In this document: piece by piece, positions 19,354 through 30,086 of the stretch
Layout of the letters: each line of letters opens with the position of its first letter
Position numbering within the stretch: the first letter of the stretch is position 1
Source of the DNA: a virus
Lineage: Duplodnaviria; Caudoviricetes
Virus record (IMG/VR): IMGVR_UViG_3300025000_000104
Location: 1-61,834 of that record
DNA length: 61,834 nt
Reading direction: 5' to 3' (one strand)
Position numbers and translations under genes: made by a program
The notes under the pieces: generated by a model
Databases searched by the model: none
Seen by the model: only the letters and a program-made list of their open reading frames with translations
Told to the model about the DNA's origin: nothing

Positions 19354-19737
19354 ATGAGTGAATTTGAATATAAGGTAGTTTCAGAATCAGAATTAAATGT
19401 GCTTGATGGACTTACAGTGACAACTGCTAAAATTAATCTATTAACTCAAGGAGTAGCATCAGGATATAAAATCGCACGAGGAGTTGCTACTATTGGAAGT
19501 GCTTCAGATACTATTGTGACAGGTTTAGCAACTGTTGTTGATGCTGTGGTTTCTTTAGTTGGTGATCCATCAATGACACATATGAGTTCTACTTGTACAG
19601 TTGGAAATCAAACTGGTCAACCAGTTGCAGGAAGTATTGTAATTAAATCTTGGAAACCTACTGCTGTTGGTGATGTAACACCTATAGCTGCGTCAGATGT
19701 ATTCGCCAATGTAGCATGGATTGCAATTGGTACTTAA
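19354..19737 (+). CDS. Small virion protein (beta-rich, fibre-tip-like)
   Basis: Ala/Thr/Val-rich, ends VAWIAIGT; SD AAGGAGG. Confidence 0.55.
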   Translation: MSEFEYKVVSESELNVLDGLTVTTAKINLLTQGVASGYKIARGVATIGSASDTIVTGLATVVDAVVSLVGDPSMTHMSSTCTVGNQTGQPVAGSIVIKSWKPTAVGDVTPIAASDVFANVAWIAIGT

Positions 19738-19867
19738 TAAATATAGAAAACTAATTCATTGTTAGAGAATTAACTCTCTAACTTTTGTATTTTATGAAGA
19801 TATTTTAAGGAGTATAAGCCTTAATATCTCCACAAAAATAATTAATTATTAAGAGGAGGAATAAATA

Positions 19868-20143
19868 ATGGCAAATATAACTGGGTATGTAAGCAAAAAA
19901 CTGACCGCGAATATTGCGGAACAAAATGTAGCACTTGGGGTAAATATTTTTCAATTAATTAAAAATGAGTCTGCTAATACGGTAACTATTAATATTGACA
20001 ATTTAACGACAGAAGAAAACGCTATAGAACTTGTAGCAGGTGCTAGTATTACAAATTTTGAAACTTATTGCAAAACATTATATTATAAAGCCACTGCTGA
20101 TGGTTCCGTTTTAAAAGTTATTGCTTTACGTGAAAAAGAGTAA
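19868..20143 (+). CDS. Hypothetical virion protein
   Basis: SD GAGGAGG; within structural operon. Confidence 0.6.
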   Translation: MANITGYVSKKLTANIAEQNVALGVNIFQLIKNESANTVTINIDNLTTEENAIELVAGASITNFETYCKTLYYKATADGSVLKVIALREKE

Positions 20144-20226
20144 TTGTACTTTAATAAGAGAGTGCTAAATCAACACTCTCTTTTCTAATTATAATTTGCA
20201 GAATATAGAAAGGAGTTGATATTAAA

Positions 20227-21399
20227 TTGACTTGGTGGACGGATTATCAAGCAAGAAGAGGAGTAGATAGAAAAATTCTATTTACAGATAACATGAAGAA
20301 TTTAGTATCAACCGAATTTGAAAATTCTACAAGTTATAATTTGGTTAAAATTAGTGGTATTGATAGAAAAACTCGTATTGTAGAAGAAAGTTCAATTATT
20401 AAGAATCCAAATAGGAAAAGATTATTATGTTTTCCTAATGAAACTATAATTGTTGGTGAGCCAGTTGAATATGACGATTCCAATTGGATTTGTGTAATGA
20501 ATGATACTACTTCTCAAATATCTGATGTTGGGATTATTGAGAGGTGTAACAACACCATCTCCTTCTACGACTCAACCTCTTCCCTCCACACAATCCCTTG
20601 CATAATAAGCAAAGGACTAATTTCCCTAGATGAACAAAAAATAATATCAACATTAGATTCTGAAATTGCAGTACAAATAAGTAACACTTCAATTACAAGA
20701 CAAATTGAAATTAATGATGTGTACAAAATTGGAATGCGTAATTATATCGTTACGGACATTAATGATATTACAATTAATGGATTGTTGTTAATGAAGATGG
20801 TGTATAGCGAAGTTGAACAACAAATTCCAACATTCACATTAGAAATTCTAAATGGAAATTCCATCCAAGTAAATGAAAATGATCCATTAACAATTAATGT
20901 TCAAATAAAAATAGATGGAATAGTTGCTTCAACTATGCCTGATTTGGTGTTTAGTAGTAGCGATATTACAAAAGCAACTATAAATTCTATGACAGGTGTT
21001 GTAACAATTTTAGATGTTGGAAATGTTATTTTTAGTTGTAAAATGGCAGATGATATTAGTGTGATGGATGTAATTAATGTTGAGATTGTTAGTGTACCAC
21101 AAAATAATTATACAGTATCACTCAGTGGTAGTACAAGTATAGTCAAAAGTTACACTAAAGAATATTTAGCAATATTTAAAAATAATGGCTTGCCTCTAGT
21201 TAAAGAATCAACTTTCTGGTTAACAGGAATTGATAATTTATCAACTACATTAGCAGTTATTGTGTCGCAAAATTCGGTAAATAATACTTGTGTGGTTAGA
21301 GGTGATGTGCTAGGTAGTGTGAAACTGTGGTGTAAAAGTGTGGATGAAGAAATTGTTAGTCAAGATGGAATGGTTGTTCAAATTAAGAGTTTGTTTTAG
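20227..21399 (+). CDS. Head-closure/connector protein with C-terminal Ig-like extensions
   Basis: Synteny; FSSSDITKATINSMTGVVT Ig-like (Big_2) motif. Confidence 0.55.
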   Translation: MTWWTDYQARRGVDRKILFTDNMKNLVSTEFENSTSYNLVKISGIDRKTRIVEESSIIKNPNRKRLLCFPNETIIVGEPVEYDDSNWICVMNDTTSQISDVGIIERCNNTISFYDSTSSLHTIPCIISKGLISLDEQKIISTLDSEIAVQISNTSITRQIEINDVYKIGMRNYIVTDINDITINGLLLMKMVYSEVEQQIPTFTLEILNGNSIQVNENDPLTINVQIKIDGIVASTMPDLVFSSSDITKATINSMTGVVTILDVGNVIFSCKMADDISVMDVINVEIVSVPQNNYTVSLSGSTSIVKSYTKEYLAIFKNNGLPLVKESTFWLTGIDNLSTTLAVIVSQNSVNNTCVVRGDVLGSVKLWCKSVDEEIVSQDGMVVQIKSLF

Positions 21400-21415
21400 G
21401 AAGTGATTAGGTAAA

Positions 21416-21892
21416 ATGAGTAGATTTGAAGAATTAAATGACAATATTATGTCAGTATTATTTAAATTAATTGATAATCAAAATTTGTGCAAACTATTAA
21501 ATTATGCTTCATATGACCCACTTTCTGAAGCAGACGTACAAAATACTGCTACACTACTATTTGATAAAATATACCCATTCCCATTTTCTCCAGACGTAGA
21601 AACTGAAGCAAGATCACAACTTAATGTTTTATTTGAAGATTTTAAATTAGGAAAAGATAATCCTGCATTTAAAAATAATCAAGTAACATTTGTAATTGTT
21701 TGCCATAGTTCTTTATGGAGAATAAGTGGTATGTTGAGACCATTTGCTATCATGAAGGAGATTGATACATTATTTAACTCTAAAAAAGTAATCGGCATAG
21801 GGAAAATGGAGTTTAGCGGTGGAAGTTTAGCATGGGTAAATGAAAAATATTCTGGATATAGAGTTTCATATAAAGTTTATGATTTTAATTAA
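21416..21892 (+). CDS. Tail completion/terminator-like protein
   Basis: LIDNQNLCKLLNY...LRPFAIMKEID..FN; upstream of the tail tube. Confidence 0.55.
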   Translation: MSRFEELNDNIMSVLFKLIDNQNLCKLLNYASYDPLSEADVQNTATLLFDKIYPFPFSPDVETEARSQLNVLFEDFKLGKDNPAFKNNQVTFVIVCHSSLWRISGMLRPFAIMKEIDTLFNSKKVIGIGKMEFSGGSLAWVNEKYSGYRVSYKVYDFN

Positions 21893-22636
21893 TTGTTTAT
21901 ATCAAAGGATGTGGTTAGGGTGGTGGTTGATGAATTACAGTTAATGCGAGGTAGAGGGATAAAAGTTGGTGATTTATTAATTAAACCATTAACAATAGGT
22001 GAGATTGAAGAATTAACAGAATCTAAATATTTTCAGTATGTGAGTATACTAGCAATAAATAAAGATTCTTTTCAAGTTAAAGATGAAGAGATAACTTTAT
22101 TTGATTTGGTATTTGCTGTTTGTGTAAAAGAAGAAGAATTTAGAAGTTTATTCTTAAAAAGCATGGGTTATTTTCTGAGAGAAGAAATAAAAATGTATGC
22201 TAACAGCAATGGGTTTTTCTTTTATACAGAGAATGAAGAAATTTGTAGTTTTATTACAAAAGATAATTATAGCGATATTATAGAAGTTATAAAATTACAA
22301 AATTGTTTGACAAAAAAAATAGAAGAAGAAGAAAATCCTGCAAATGAAAAAGCACGTCAAATTCTTGAAAGACAAAAAAGAGCGAGAGCGTTGCTTGCAA
22401 AGGCAAAAAAGCAAGGAGACGGTGAGCCACTTACATTAGCAGATTTGATTTCTATTTTAACATCAAATGGCAATGGAGTTACTGCGTTTAACGTTTGGGA
22501 TATGAATTTTTACATGTTTAATAATCAATTTAATCGTATGAAAATGCTTGATGAATATGACATTAATATAAGGTCATTACTCGCAGGGGCAAAATCTGAG
22601 GATATTCAATTAAAGCACTGGATGAGTAAAATATAA
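21893..22636 (+). CDS. Hypothetical tail-module protein (true start may be a GTG near 21920)
   Basis: ENPANEKA...SLLAGAK...KHW; synteny. Confidence 0.6.
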   Translation: MFISKDVVRVVVDELQLMRGRGIKVGDLLIKPLTIGEIEELTESKYFQYVSILAINKDSFQVKDEEITLFDLVFAVCVKEEEFRSLFLKSMGYFLREEIKMYANSNGFFFYTENEEICSFITKDNYSDIIEVIKLQNCLTKKIEEEENPANEKARQILERQKRARALLAKAKKQGDGEPLTLADLISILTSNGNGVTAFNVWDMNFYMFNNQFNRMKMLDEYDINIRSLLAGAKSEDIQLKHWMSKI

Positions 22637-22658
22637 TAATTGCTATGTAATAATAATC

Positions 22659-22687
22659 TAGACTTTCCGAAAGGATAGTCTTTTTTA
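22659..22687 (+). terminator. Intrinsic terminator
   Basis: AGACTTTCC-GAAA-GGATAGTCT followed by T tract. Confidence 0.7.
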
Positions 22688-22727
22688 TATGTAACTAAAA
22701 ATTAAAATAATAAGGAGGAATAATAAT

Positions 22728-23540
22728 ATGGCAGGTAGTGACAAATTTGGCGCGAAGGAAGTTATGGATGTAACATTTTATGATACAGTTACTGGAAAAC
22801 CAGTTCTATTTTGTGACACATTAAAAGTCTCAACAATGGAAATAACAGCAAGTCAATCATATGCGAGAGGGGGAAAAGGAAATCCAAAACTATTAGTGTG
22901 GGACTTCGATAAAGAGGCAAAATTCAATATTACTGATGCTTTAATGTCTCCAAAATCATTTCAAATTCTTTCTGGAAACGCAGTTACTACAGGAGTACAA
23001 AAGATTTATATGCGTCAAGATACTGTTTGGATTGCAGACCCTAATGATGGAACTAAAATGATAGACCAAGGTGCATTATATCCACTGACTGCAACAGCAG
23101 GAGGAGCAATTACATTAGGATTTACTCCAAATGAGGCAGCAGCAGATATTCTTGTGTATGAAATTACTGATGATGGTGGTGCTGCGTTGGCAGCAGGGGC
23201 ATTGGTTGGAAAAGTATTAACTAATGTTGCTTGGGCTAATAAAAAGCTTGTTGCGTATTATTCTGTTAATCAGACTGGAGTACAAACATATTTAATTACA
23301 GCTAGTAATTTCCCTTCTTCTTATCGTATTGTTGGAGATACAGTTGTTAGAAATGCTACAACTGGTAAAGATGAGGCATTTCAATTAGTTGTAAATAATG
23401 CCAAAGTTTTATCGAATTTTACATTTACTTTCCAATCAGACGGAGATCCGTCAGCATTCGACATGAATCTCGAAGTGCTGAAAGAAAGTAGCTCAGATAA
23501 AATGGTAACAATGTCTCAATATATTAATAATACAATTTAA
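22728..23540 (+). CDS. Major tail tube protein
   Basis: FGAKEVMDVTFY, ARGGKGNPKL..WD, DGDPSAFDMNLEVL; strong SD. Confidence 0.8.
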   Translation: MAGSDKFGAKEVMDVTFYDTVTGKPVLFCDTLKVSTMEITASQSYARGGKGNPKLLVWDFDKEAKFNITDALMSPKSFQILSGNAVTTGVQKIYMRQDTVWIADPNDGTKMIDQGALYPLTATAGGAITLGFTPNEAAADILVYEITDDGGAALAAGALVGKVLTNVAWANKKLVAYYSVNQTGVQTYLITASNFPSSYRIVGDTVVRNATTGKDEAFQLVVNNAKVLSNFTFTFQSDGDPSAFDMNLEVLKESSSDKMVTMSQYINNTI

Positions 23541-23579
23541 TATAAATAGATAGTAGTAATACCATCTATTTTAAAGGAG

Positions 23580-23789
23580 TTGAAATGGTTGAACTATAAA
23601 GTAATGGATTTTAAGGTTGGATTCTATGATTCTGACACTGTGTTTATTGATGTAGACAAAGAAATTTATCAAATTCCGGTCAGTAAAAAAGTAAAAGAGT
23701 CGAAAGACTTAATAGGTAAGTTGATTACTATTGATAATCTATATAAGGTTCCTCTAGATAAAATTGTTTTGGCAATCGTTAATAAATAA
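23580..23789 (+). CDS. Small hypothetical protein
   Basis: SD AAGGAG; co-oriented. Confidence 0.5.
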   Translation: MKWLNYKVMDFKVGFYDSDTVFIDVDKEIYQIPVSKKVKESKDLIGKLITIDNLYKVPLDKIVLAIVNK

Positions 23790-23795
23790 TTACAT

Positions 23796-23896
23796 ATGGT
23801 TTACTATTTGATTTTGCAAGATTAAATAGTAGTAATTAAGAAGGCTATATAATCCGAAATATAGTCTTCTTTCCCATTGTCTCTAATCGGAAGGAG
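23796..23896 (+). ncRNA. Antisense-loop leader RNA E (single target)
   Basis: Hairpin 23802-23831 with TTGCAA loop; hairpin 23838-23871 with AATCCGAA loop complementary to TCGGA 23887-23891 abutting SD AAGGAG; ATGG/CCAT closing stem. Confidence 0.6.
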
Positions 23897-23905
23897 AATG
23901 AAAAA

Positions 23906-25498
23906 ATGTTAATAACTAAAGAAGTAACTACAACATGGAATCCAACAACAAGAAAATATTATGAGGACTTAGGATATGTCTATACAAAACATAATGAAAA
24001 ATTTATTGTAAAAATAGAAGATTTACATAAAGGTTCTAATTCAAAAATAGATTATCAATGTGATTTATGTGGAGAATTAGCAAACACAATATATTGTAAA
24101 TATAATGAGATGAAAAATAAATATGGCAAAGATATGTGTAGAAAATGTATATCTAGTAATATTATTCAAAACACAAGAAAACAAAATGATGACAATTATT
24201 CCAGACATGACACTCATGAAAAAAGAAAAGCAGACTTACAAAATTATCTATTGGAGTATAAAACTTTAAACAAAATGACAACAAATACATTTGGTAAAAG
24301 ATTGTATGACAATTTTAAAAGTTACAAAGATGATGTATATGATACCGCAATGGAGTTAGGATATAAAATAGAAGATATTTCTAAATCAATGCCTAAAGAT
24401 TATTATATAAAATATCCAGAAATATTAAAAGAAAAATTAATATCTTTTACAACTGAACATAAAAGATTTCCTAGAATAAAAGAAATGGAAAAAGTATTAC
24501 AAATCAATACTCATTTTATTAGTGATTTTGGAGGACTTGATGAGTTTAAGAAATTAATAAATTATGATGATAGTAAAGATTTGATAGATTTAAGAGGAGA
24601 CTACAACCGTTCGATAGTAGAGTTAATAACGGCGAATTACTTCTGTTCACAAAGTTTAAAAGATAAATATACTAGAGAACAATATCCATTTCCAAAAGAA
24701 GAAGGTTATTTTAGGTCTGATTTTACTTTTTATTTAGATAATAATAAAGAATTACATGTTGAGGTATGGGGTTTTAGAGAATGTGAAAAAACTTCTGAGA
24801 AAGCAATTCGCTACCATAAGGTTAGAAAAATTAAAGAAGATTTATATGAAAAATACTCTGATGATATAATATTAATCAGTATAAATTATGAACTTTTTGA
24901 TAAAAAGTATGATGAAATACAAAAACATTTGTATAAATTATTTTCTCCATATATTGCTTTAAGATTTAAAGACGTATCTTATAAAAAGTTACTATCTCCT
25001 TCTTTGCTTAGTGATGAAGAGTTATTTAATGAAGTTATGGTTATAAGTCCAGATGGAATAACACTTCCTACAGCGTCAGATTTATCTTCACATAGTGCAG
25101 GTTTGTATTATCAAATATTAAAAAGGGGTTATACATATAATGGATTTGCTAAGAAGTATGGAGTTAAGACAAAAAACAATAAAACTGAATGGTCTAAAAA
25201 ATTAGTATTTGAATATTTTGGGAAGATAATAGAAGTTGGAAAAATAATTAATAGAAAATCTATGAACGAACAACATAGTAATCTCGCAGGTGCTCTTAAA
25301 AAATATGGGCAGGTAACTAAATTAAAATTAGAGTATTTTAATAAAATTAATATAATTCCTATACAAGAGTTAAGATGGATTAAAAATTTAATAAATAATG
25401 ATATTGGTACTACAGCAAAATATTCTAATAAAGACATTGATAAAGCAAAACAAATCTTAGATAAATACAATAACAATCTTCAACTTAGTGCTAAATAG
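23906..25498 (+). CDS. Putative homing endonuclease-like protein (PD-(D/E)xK-type)
   Basis: Shared MLITKEV..W...YY...GY...VKIEDL...CDLC N-terminus; YFRSDFTFY...LHVEVWG. Confidence 0.65.
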   Translation: MLITKEVTTTWNPTTRKYYEDLGYVYTKHNEKFIVKIEDLHKGSNSKIDYQCDLCGELANTIYCKYNEMKNKYGKDMCRKCISSNIIQNTRKQNDDNYSRHDTHEKRKADLQNYLLEYKTLNKMTTNTFGKRLYDNFKSYKDDVYDTAMELGYKIEDISKSMPKDYYIKYPEILKEKLISFTTEHKRFPRIKEMEKVLQINTHFISDFGGLDEFKKLINYDDSKDLIDLRGDYNRSIVELITANYFCSQSLKDKYTREQYPFPKEEGYFRSDFTFYLDNNKELHVEVWGFRECEKTSEKAIRYHKVRKIKEDLYEKYSDDIILISINYELFDKKYDEIQKHLYKLFSPYIALRFKDVSYKKLLSPSLLSDEELFNEVMVISPDGITLPTASDLSSHSAGLYYQILKRGYTYNGFAKKYGVKTKNNKTEWSKKLVFEYFGKIIEVGKIINRKSMNEQHSNLAGALKKYGQVTKLKLEYFNKINIIPIQELRWIKNLINNDIGTTAKYSNKDIDKAKQILDKYNNNLQLSAK

Positions 25499-25532
25499 CT
25501 AATAGCACTAATCAACACCAACCAAAATCAAA

Positions 25533-25583
25533 ATAAGGAGAAGACAGACAAACATAAAATTGTCTTCTTCTCCTTATTTTTTT
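25533..25583 (+). terminator. Intrinsic terminator
   Basis: ATAAGGAGAAGA...TCTTCTCCTTAT followed by T tract. Confidence 0.7.
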
Positions 25584-25662
25584 ACTAATTACAACCAAAA
25601 ACTTTTCTCTAAAACAAACCAATAACCACAACCAACCCAAACAAAGAAAGGAATGATAAATA

Positions 25663-25974
25663 ATGGGAGTAGGAAGTCTTTTACATTCAGGATTTTATTC
25701 ATATTGTAAATATAACGACTTAAAAGAGTGGTACACATCAACGGCAGAAAATGAGGTAATTAACTTTACAGACTCTAATGGAAATAAATATGGTTTAAAT
25801 TCATTATTTATAGAAGCAGAAAATACTTCCTTATACATAAGAATTTTACCATCAGATTACATTCTTTTTGTACCAGCAAATGAATCAAGAAATTGTGACT
25901 TTGAAAAAGTACAATCTATTCAAGTAATGAATGCTTTAGGGATTAAGCTTCGATTTTCAGGACAATATTTCTAA
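25663..25974 (+). CDS. Hypothetical virion protein
   Basis: SD GAAAGGA; precedes fibre-like gene. Confidence 0.6.
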   Translation: MGVGSLLHSGFYSYCKYNDLKEWYTSTAENEVINFTDSNGNKYGLNSLFIEAENTSLYIRILPSDYILFVPANESRNCDFEKVQSIQVMNALGIKLRFSGQYF

Positions 25975-25995
25975 ATAGAAAGAAGGAGGTTTAAA

Positions 25996-28530
25996 ATGCC
26001 AGTAACTAGTAATAAAGTTGATGCTTACGCAAGACAATTAGCATCTCAAAGCGCAGTATATATTTCTCCAACTGGTTCAGGTTTAATGGTGAGTTCTGGA
26101 ACAATAGTAAAACCAACAATTGCATATAATGCTGGTGGAACTGTAACAATTGGCTCAACTGGAACATATAGATTTTATCACACACCAAATTATTTTGGTG
26201 AAATAACTGAACATACAATAACTGGAACTACATTAAGTATACCAGACCAAATTACATCATACATTGTAGCAAATTATAATTCAGGGACTCCTCAATATTC
26301 AGTAACTACAGATTTATCAACTATAAATTTCTCAAATAATGTTGCTGTTTACACTTGTAGCCGAGTAGGAGATACAAATATTGATTTTTTAGATTGGGAT
26401 GAACCTGCACTTTCTTTGGCAAATAAGCTTCTTCGTAGAGATATGGAATGTCGTAGGTTTGAAAGAGTAACTGGATTAAGCTTAAGTGAAGATGTAGGAA
26501 GAAAAGTAATTATATCTGCTGGCGTAGTATGGCAAGGTTCTTTTAGAAATTCATTAATAGAAGTTAATTCAAGCATAAATAATTGTGTTCAGGTAGTTAC
26601 AGATGTTAATGGTGATTGGGTAATTACACCAGTTACTACTTATAATAACTCTCAATATGATAATGGAAATGGAGTATCAACTCTCACAGATGGAAATTAT
26701 GCTGTAAACTGGATATATAGAGGAATGGGTATTGATGCAAATTCTATTATTATATATTTAGGTACTGGAGACTATGATTTAAATGAAGCAAAAACAGCAC
26801 AGCCTCCAAGTGTTGCGTTAATAACTTCAACAAATGCAATGTTAATTGGGAAAATTATTGTATTAAAGGGAGAATTAACATCAATACAAATAGATAGCAC
26901 TTTTATGACTCAGTTTGTACCATCTACTACGACTTCACACGATGGACTCACTGGACTCCAGGGTGGAAATGAAACATATCACTATCATTCAGATCAACTT
27001 ATAAATACTGATTCAGATGTTGAGTTTTTATCAATTATAGGCAAAGCTACCACTAATGATGGAAGTACAAATGTTTTTGAAGGAAAAGATTCTAATGAAG
27101 CAACTGTATTTTCTGTAAATTCTGATGGTAAAGTAGGTATTGGCGGAACACCTTCAACAGTTTCTACAACTAAGTTGAATGTAGTTGGAGATGCTGTAGT
27201 AACTGAAAATATGGGTATAGGTGGATTACCTGATAGTGTTGCAAGTCTTAAAGTGACAGGTGATACAATAATAACAGGCGATTTGCAAGTAACTGGTACA
27301 ACTACAACAGTAAATAGTACGGATTTAGAAGTTTTAAACAATCAAATATCATTGTCTGTAGTTGAAACTCCTTTGGATTCTCTTGCAGATGGCGGCGGAG
27401 TAGTTTTAAAAGGAACAACTGATAAGACTATTCTATATAATGATGGAACTAAAAGTTGGGATGTTTCAGAAAATGTAATTATACCTACTGGTAAAAAATT
27501 AACTACCGAAAATATTTCTAGTGATACAGATATAACTTTAACTGCAACAGGTAGTATTATAAACGCTTCTGATATTGTTCCTAATACTACAAATACTCGT
27601 TCTCTTGGATCACTATTAAAAGTATTTGCAAATATATTTACAAGAAAAATTGAATCTGACGATGCTATTTTGATTAAATCTGCTTCAAATAAGGCTATAA
27701 ATATTACGTCTGGCAGTGCCGGAGCAGTTTCTATAAGCTCTGAGGGTAGTGGGGCTATCAATATCGCTACAGATGCTCATGCAAAAACAGTTACAATAGG
27801 TAATAATTATACAACATCAGCAGTAAATATTATTTCTGGCACAGGTAATGTAAATATTTCTGGTACTGGTAATGTTGGGATAAATACTACTGATTTAGAT
27901 GGCACACCAGCAGTTGGAAAATTAATTGTCAAAGGAGTTACAAATGATGGTTCTACTAATATTTTAGTTGGTAGAGATTCTGATGAAGTTAATGTATTTT
28001 CTGTTGATACAAATGGGAAGGTAACAACTAAAGATGTTGTTGCTAATACAATTAGCACTGCCAATGAAACTAATGGTTATGTAACTATGAATGCTGGTGG
28101 AGTTAGAACTGGTTTTTTTGAGTGGAAAAAAGGTGATGGTACTCGTTTAGGATTTATGGGTGATGGTGAAACTGACGTAACTCTTGCATTGGAGAATGGT
28201 GCTAACTTTGTAGTAAATGGATTTACTAAACTTGGTAATGACGCTCCTGCAATTAAAACAAAAAAAATCACTGGAACAACTCCTAGTACAGTTCTTACTC
28301 TTGGTAGTTATCCTCATGGATTAACGAAATCAAAAATACTAGGTTATCAAATGATAGTAGAATCAGGAGCTGACAACATTTTAATTCCACCTAATAATGG
28401 CGACCATCCAACGGATCTTCATTATTATTTCACGTATATAGATAATACTAATTTAACAATTTATCCAGGAAGTTCAGCCACTACTATATTAGGAAAGCCG
28501 TTTAGAGCAATAATAACTTATGAAGAGTAA
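25996..28530 (+). CDS. Tail fibre/spike-like structural protein
   Basis: Gly/Thr/Ser-rich beta repeats (GKVGIG, GNVGIN), duplicated TNDGSTN..G.DS.E..VFSV...GKV module. Confidence 0.65.
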   Translation: MPVTSNKVDAYARQLASQSAVYISPTGSGLMVSSGTIVKPTIAYNAGGTVTIGSTGTYRFYHTPNYFGEITEHTITGTTLSIPDQITSYIVANYNSGTPQYSVTTDLSTINFSNNVAVYTCSRVGDTNIDFLDWDEPALSLANKLLRRDMECRRFERVTGLSLSEDVGRKVIISAGVVWQGSFRNSLIEVNSSINNCVQVVTDVNGDWVITPVTTYNNSQYDNGNGVSTLTDGNYAVNWIYRGMGIDANSIIIYLGTGDYDLNEAKTAQPPSVALITSTNAMLIGKIIVLKGELTSIQIDSTFMTQFVPSTTTSHDGLTGLQGGNETYHYHSDQLINTDSDVEFLSIIGKATTNDGSTNVFEGKDSNEATVFSVNSDGKVGIGGTPSTVSTTKLNVVGDAVVTENMGIGGLPDSVASLKVTGDTIITGDLQVTGTTTTVNSTDLEVLNNQISLSVVETPLDSLADGGGVVLKGTTDKTILYNDGTKSWDVSENVIIPTGKKLTTENISSDTDITLTATGSIINASDIVPNTTNTRSLGSLLKVFANIFTRKIESDDAILIKSASNKAINITSGSAGAVSISSEGSGAINIATDAHAKTVTIGNNYTTSAVNIISGTGNVNISGTGNVGINTTDLDGTPAVGKLIVKGVTNDGSTNILVGRDSDEVNVFSVDTNGKVTTKDVVANTISTANETNGYVTMNAGGVRTGFFEWKKGDGTRLGFMGDGETDVTLALENGANFVVNGFTKLGNDAPAIKTKKITGTTPSTVLTLGSYPHGLTKSKILGYQMIVESGADNILIPPNNGDHPTDLHYYFTYIDNTNLTIYPGSSATTILGKPFRAIITYEE

Positions 28531-28586
28531 ATAAAATCCAAACCCAATAAAACAACAATTTAAACATAAAATAAATTATAAAGTAG

Positions 28587-28781
28587 GTGGTGTTAGTGGC
28601 AAAAGGTAAAGGGAATAAGAATAATCCTGATAATAAAGGTGGAAATGTAAAACAAAATAAACTTAGAGATTCTGCTTATTGTGAGAATAATTGTAAGGAT
28701 GTTTTGAGTTGTGAGAAGTATAAAAATTATGTCTTGAGGATGATTGGCAGAGCTTGCTATGGAATTTCTTGTTCAAAATAA
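28587..28781 (+). CDS. Small basic Cys-containing hypothetical protein
   Basis: Co-oriented ORF followed by a terminator. Confidence 0.5.
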   Translation: MVLVAKGKGNKNNPDNKGGNVKQNKLRDSAYCENNCKDVLSCEKYKNYVLRMIGRACYGISCSK

Positions 28782-28820
28782 ATAATAAATATGATTAATT
28801 TAATATTTTGTGATTGATTA

Positions 28821-28852
28821 AAAGACACTTCTTAATAAAGAAGTGTCTTTTT
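28821..28852 (+). terminator. Intrinsic terminator (GACACTTC/GAAGTGTC family)
   Basis: AAAGACACTTCT...AGAAGTGTCTTTTT. Confidence 0.75.
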
Positions 28853-28891
28853 GATGTGTTACAAAGTAATACAAATTTATGTTGAAAGGAA

Positions 28892-29074
28892 GTGATAAAA
28901 GTGACAGAAAAATATGTTTATATTTACAACCCAGAACAAGCTTCATTCTATATGTCTCAAGGAATTATAGCAAAGGCGACAGGTGTGCATCCCACTACTA
29001 AGAGAGTATGGTATAAGTTTTCTTTTCAGGAAAGCACAGACGCATATGACAAATGGTGTAGTAGGCGTAAATAG
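28892..29074 (+). CDS. Small hypothetical protein
   Basis: YIYNPEQASFY...G.HP.T..VWYKF; SD GAAAGGAAGTG. Confidence 0.6.
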   Translation: MIKVTEKYVYIYNPEQASFYMSQGIIAKATGVHPTTKRVWYKFSFQESTDAYDKWCSRRK

Positions 29075-29131
29075 TTTTATATGTGAATTTAACAAAAAAT
29101 AATAAATTAAAAGTGAAAGAAGGAATTAATA

Positions 29132-29989
29132 ATGGAAAATAACAATAATGAACTAATAGTCAAAGGTAAAATAAAAGTTTGTGGTATTGAAGTCCCTAAT
29201 GTTTATGGTGGTTTTGGCGGTGATCAAAGGGTAATATTAGCAAAGACCGTTTCTGAATTACATGGAGTAGAATTAAAAAGTATTAATCAAAATATTAATA
29301 GACATATTGAAGATAATTATTTTGAAGAAGGAATTGATTTCGTTGATATAAAAGGAACAGAATTCGAGGTAACTCTGAGTGACAGCAAAATTTATACTAA
29401 AAATGCGTTGAATGCTAGTAAAAATATCTATCTCCTGTCTCAACAAGGCTATACACTTTTGCTAAAATTGATGAATTCAGAATTAGCAAGAAAACAATAT
29501 AAGAAAGTAATAAGAGATTATTTTACAATTAAGAGTTCTATTCAAATTCTAACACAAGAAGAACTAAAACAACTTATTGCAAGAGAAGATGGGATTATTA
29601 GAAGAAATAGAGAAACTTCTGCAATATCAAAATTCATTCAAAACGGAGAACTACCTGATGGTAGATATACATACGCATCAGTGACGAATCTTACTTATGA
29701 AATATTATATGGTATGTATGCAAAAGAAATTAAAAGTAATTTAAATTTAAAACAACAAGATAATCTTAGGGATTTTCTTTCGACTCAAGACTTATCAGTA
29801 ATTAGAGAAATAGAAGATGAGATACATTGGATGAGTAAAAAGGAATATTCTTGGAAAGAAATTTATGCTGATTTGGTTAAAGAATATCCGAATAAAATTG
29901 AACCAATTAGAGCAGAAAAGTCTATTAAGGAATTAAAGAAAGTTGGAAATATTGCTATTGATGGAAATGATATTAAGAAATTGAAGTAA
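29132..29989 (+). CDS. ORF6N-type antirepressor-like DNA-binding protein
   Basis: GGFG..QRVILAKTVSELH...INQNIN...FEEGIDFVD...IYLLSQQGY..LLKLM. Confidence 0.75.
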   Translation: MENNNNELIVKGKIKVCGIEVPNVYGGFGGDQRVILAKTVSELHGVELKSINQNINRHIEDNYFEEGIDFVDIKGTEFEVTLSDSKIYTKNALNASKNIYLLSQQGYTLLLKLMNSELARKQYKKVIRDYFTIKSSIQILTQEELKQLIAREDGIIRRNRETSAISKFIQNGELPDGRYTYASVTNLTYEILYGMYAKEIKSNLNLKQQDNLRDFLSTQDLSVIREIEDEIHWMSKKEYSWKEIYADLVKEYPNKIEPIRAEKSIKELKKVGNIAIDGNDIKKLK

Positions 29990-30086
29990 TTTAATTAAAC
30001 ACAAAATATTAACAATTAATAAATAAATTTTGTAAAAGTCATATACTTAATTGTGTATGACTTCTTATTATATTGGAGTGAAATAA

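Noticed and set aside
26006-28271. Stack of minus-strand ORFs opposite the fibre gene (and similar ones opposite terminase, tape measure and baseplate genes)
   Set aside because: Shadow ORFs of long plus-strand genes, without SD or recognisable motifs.
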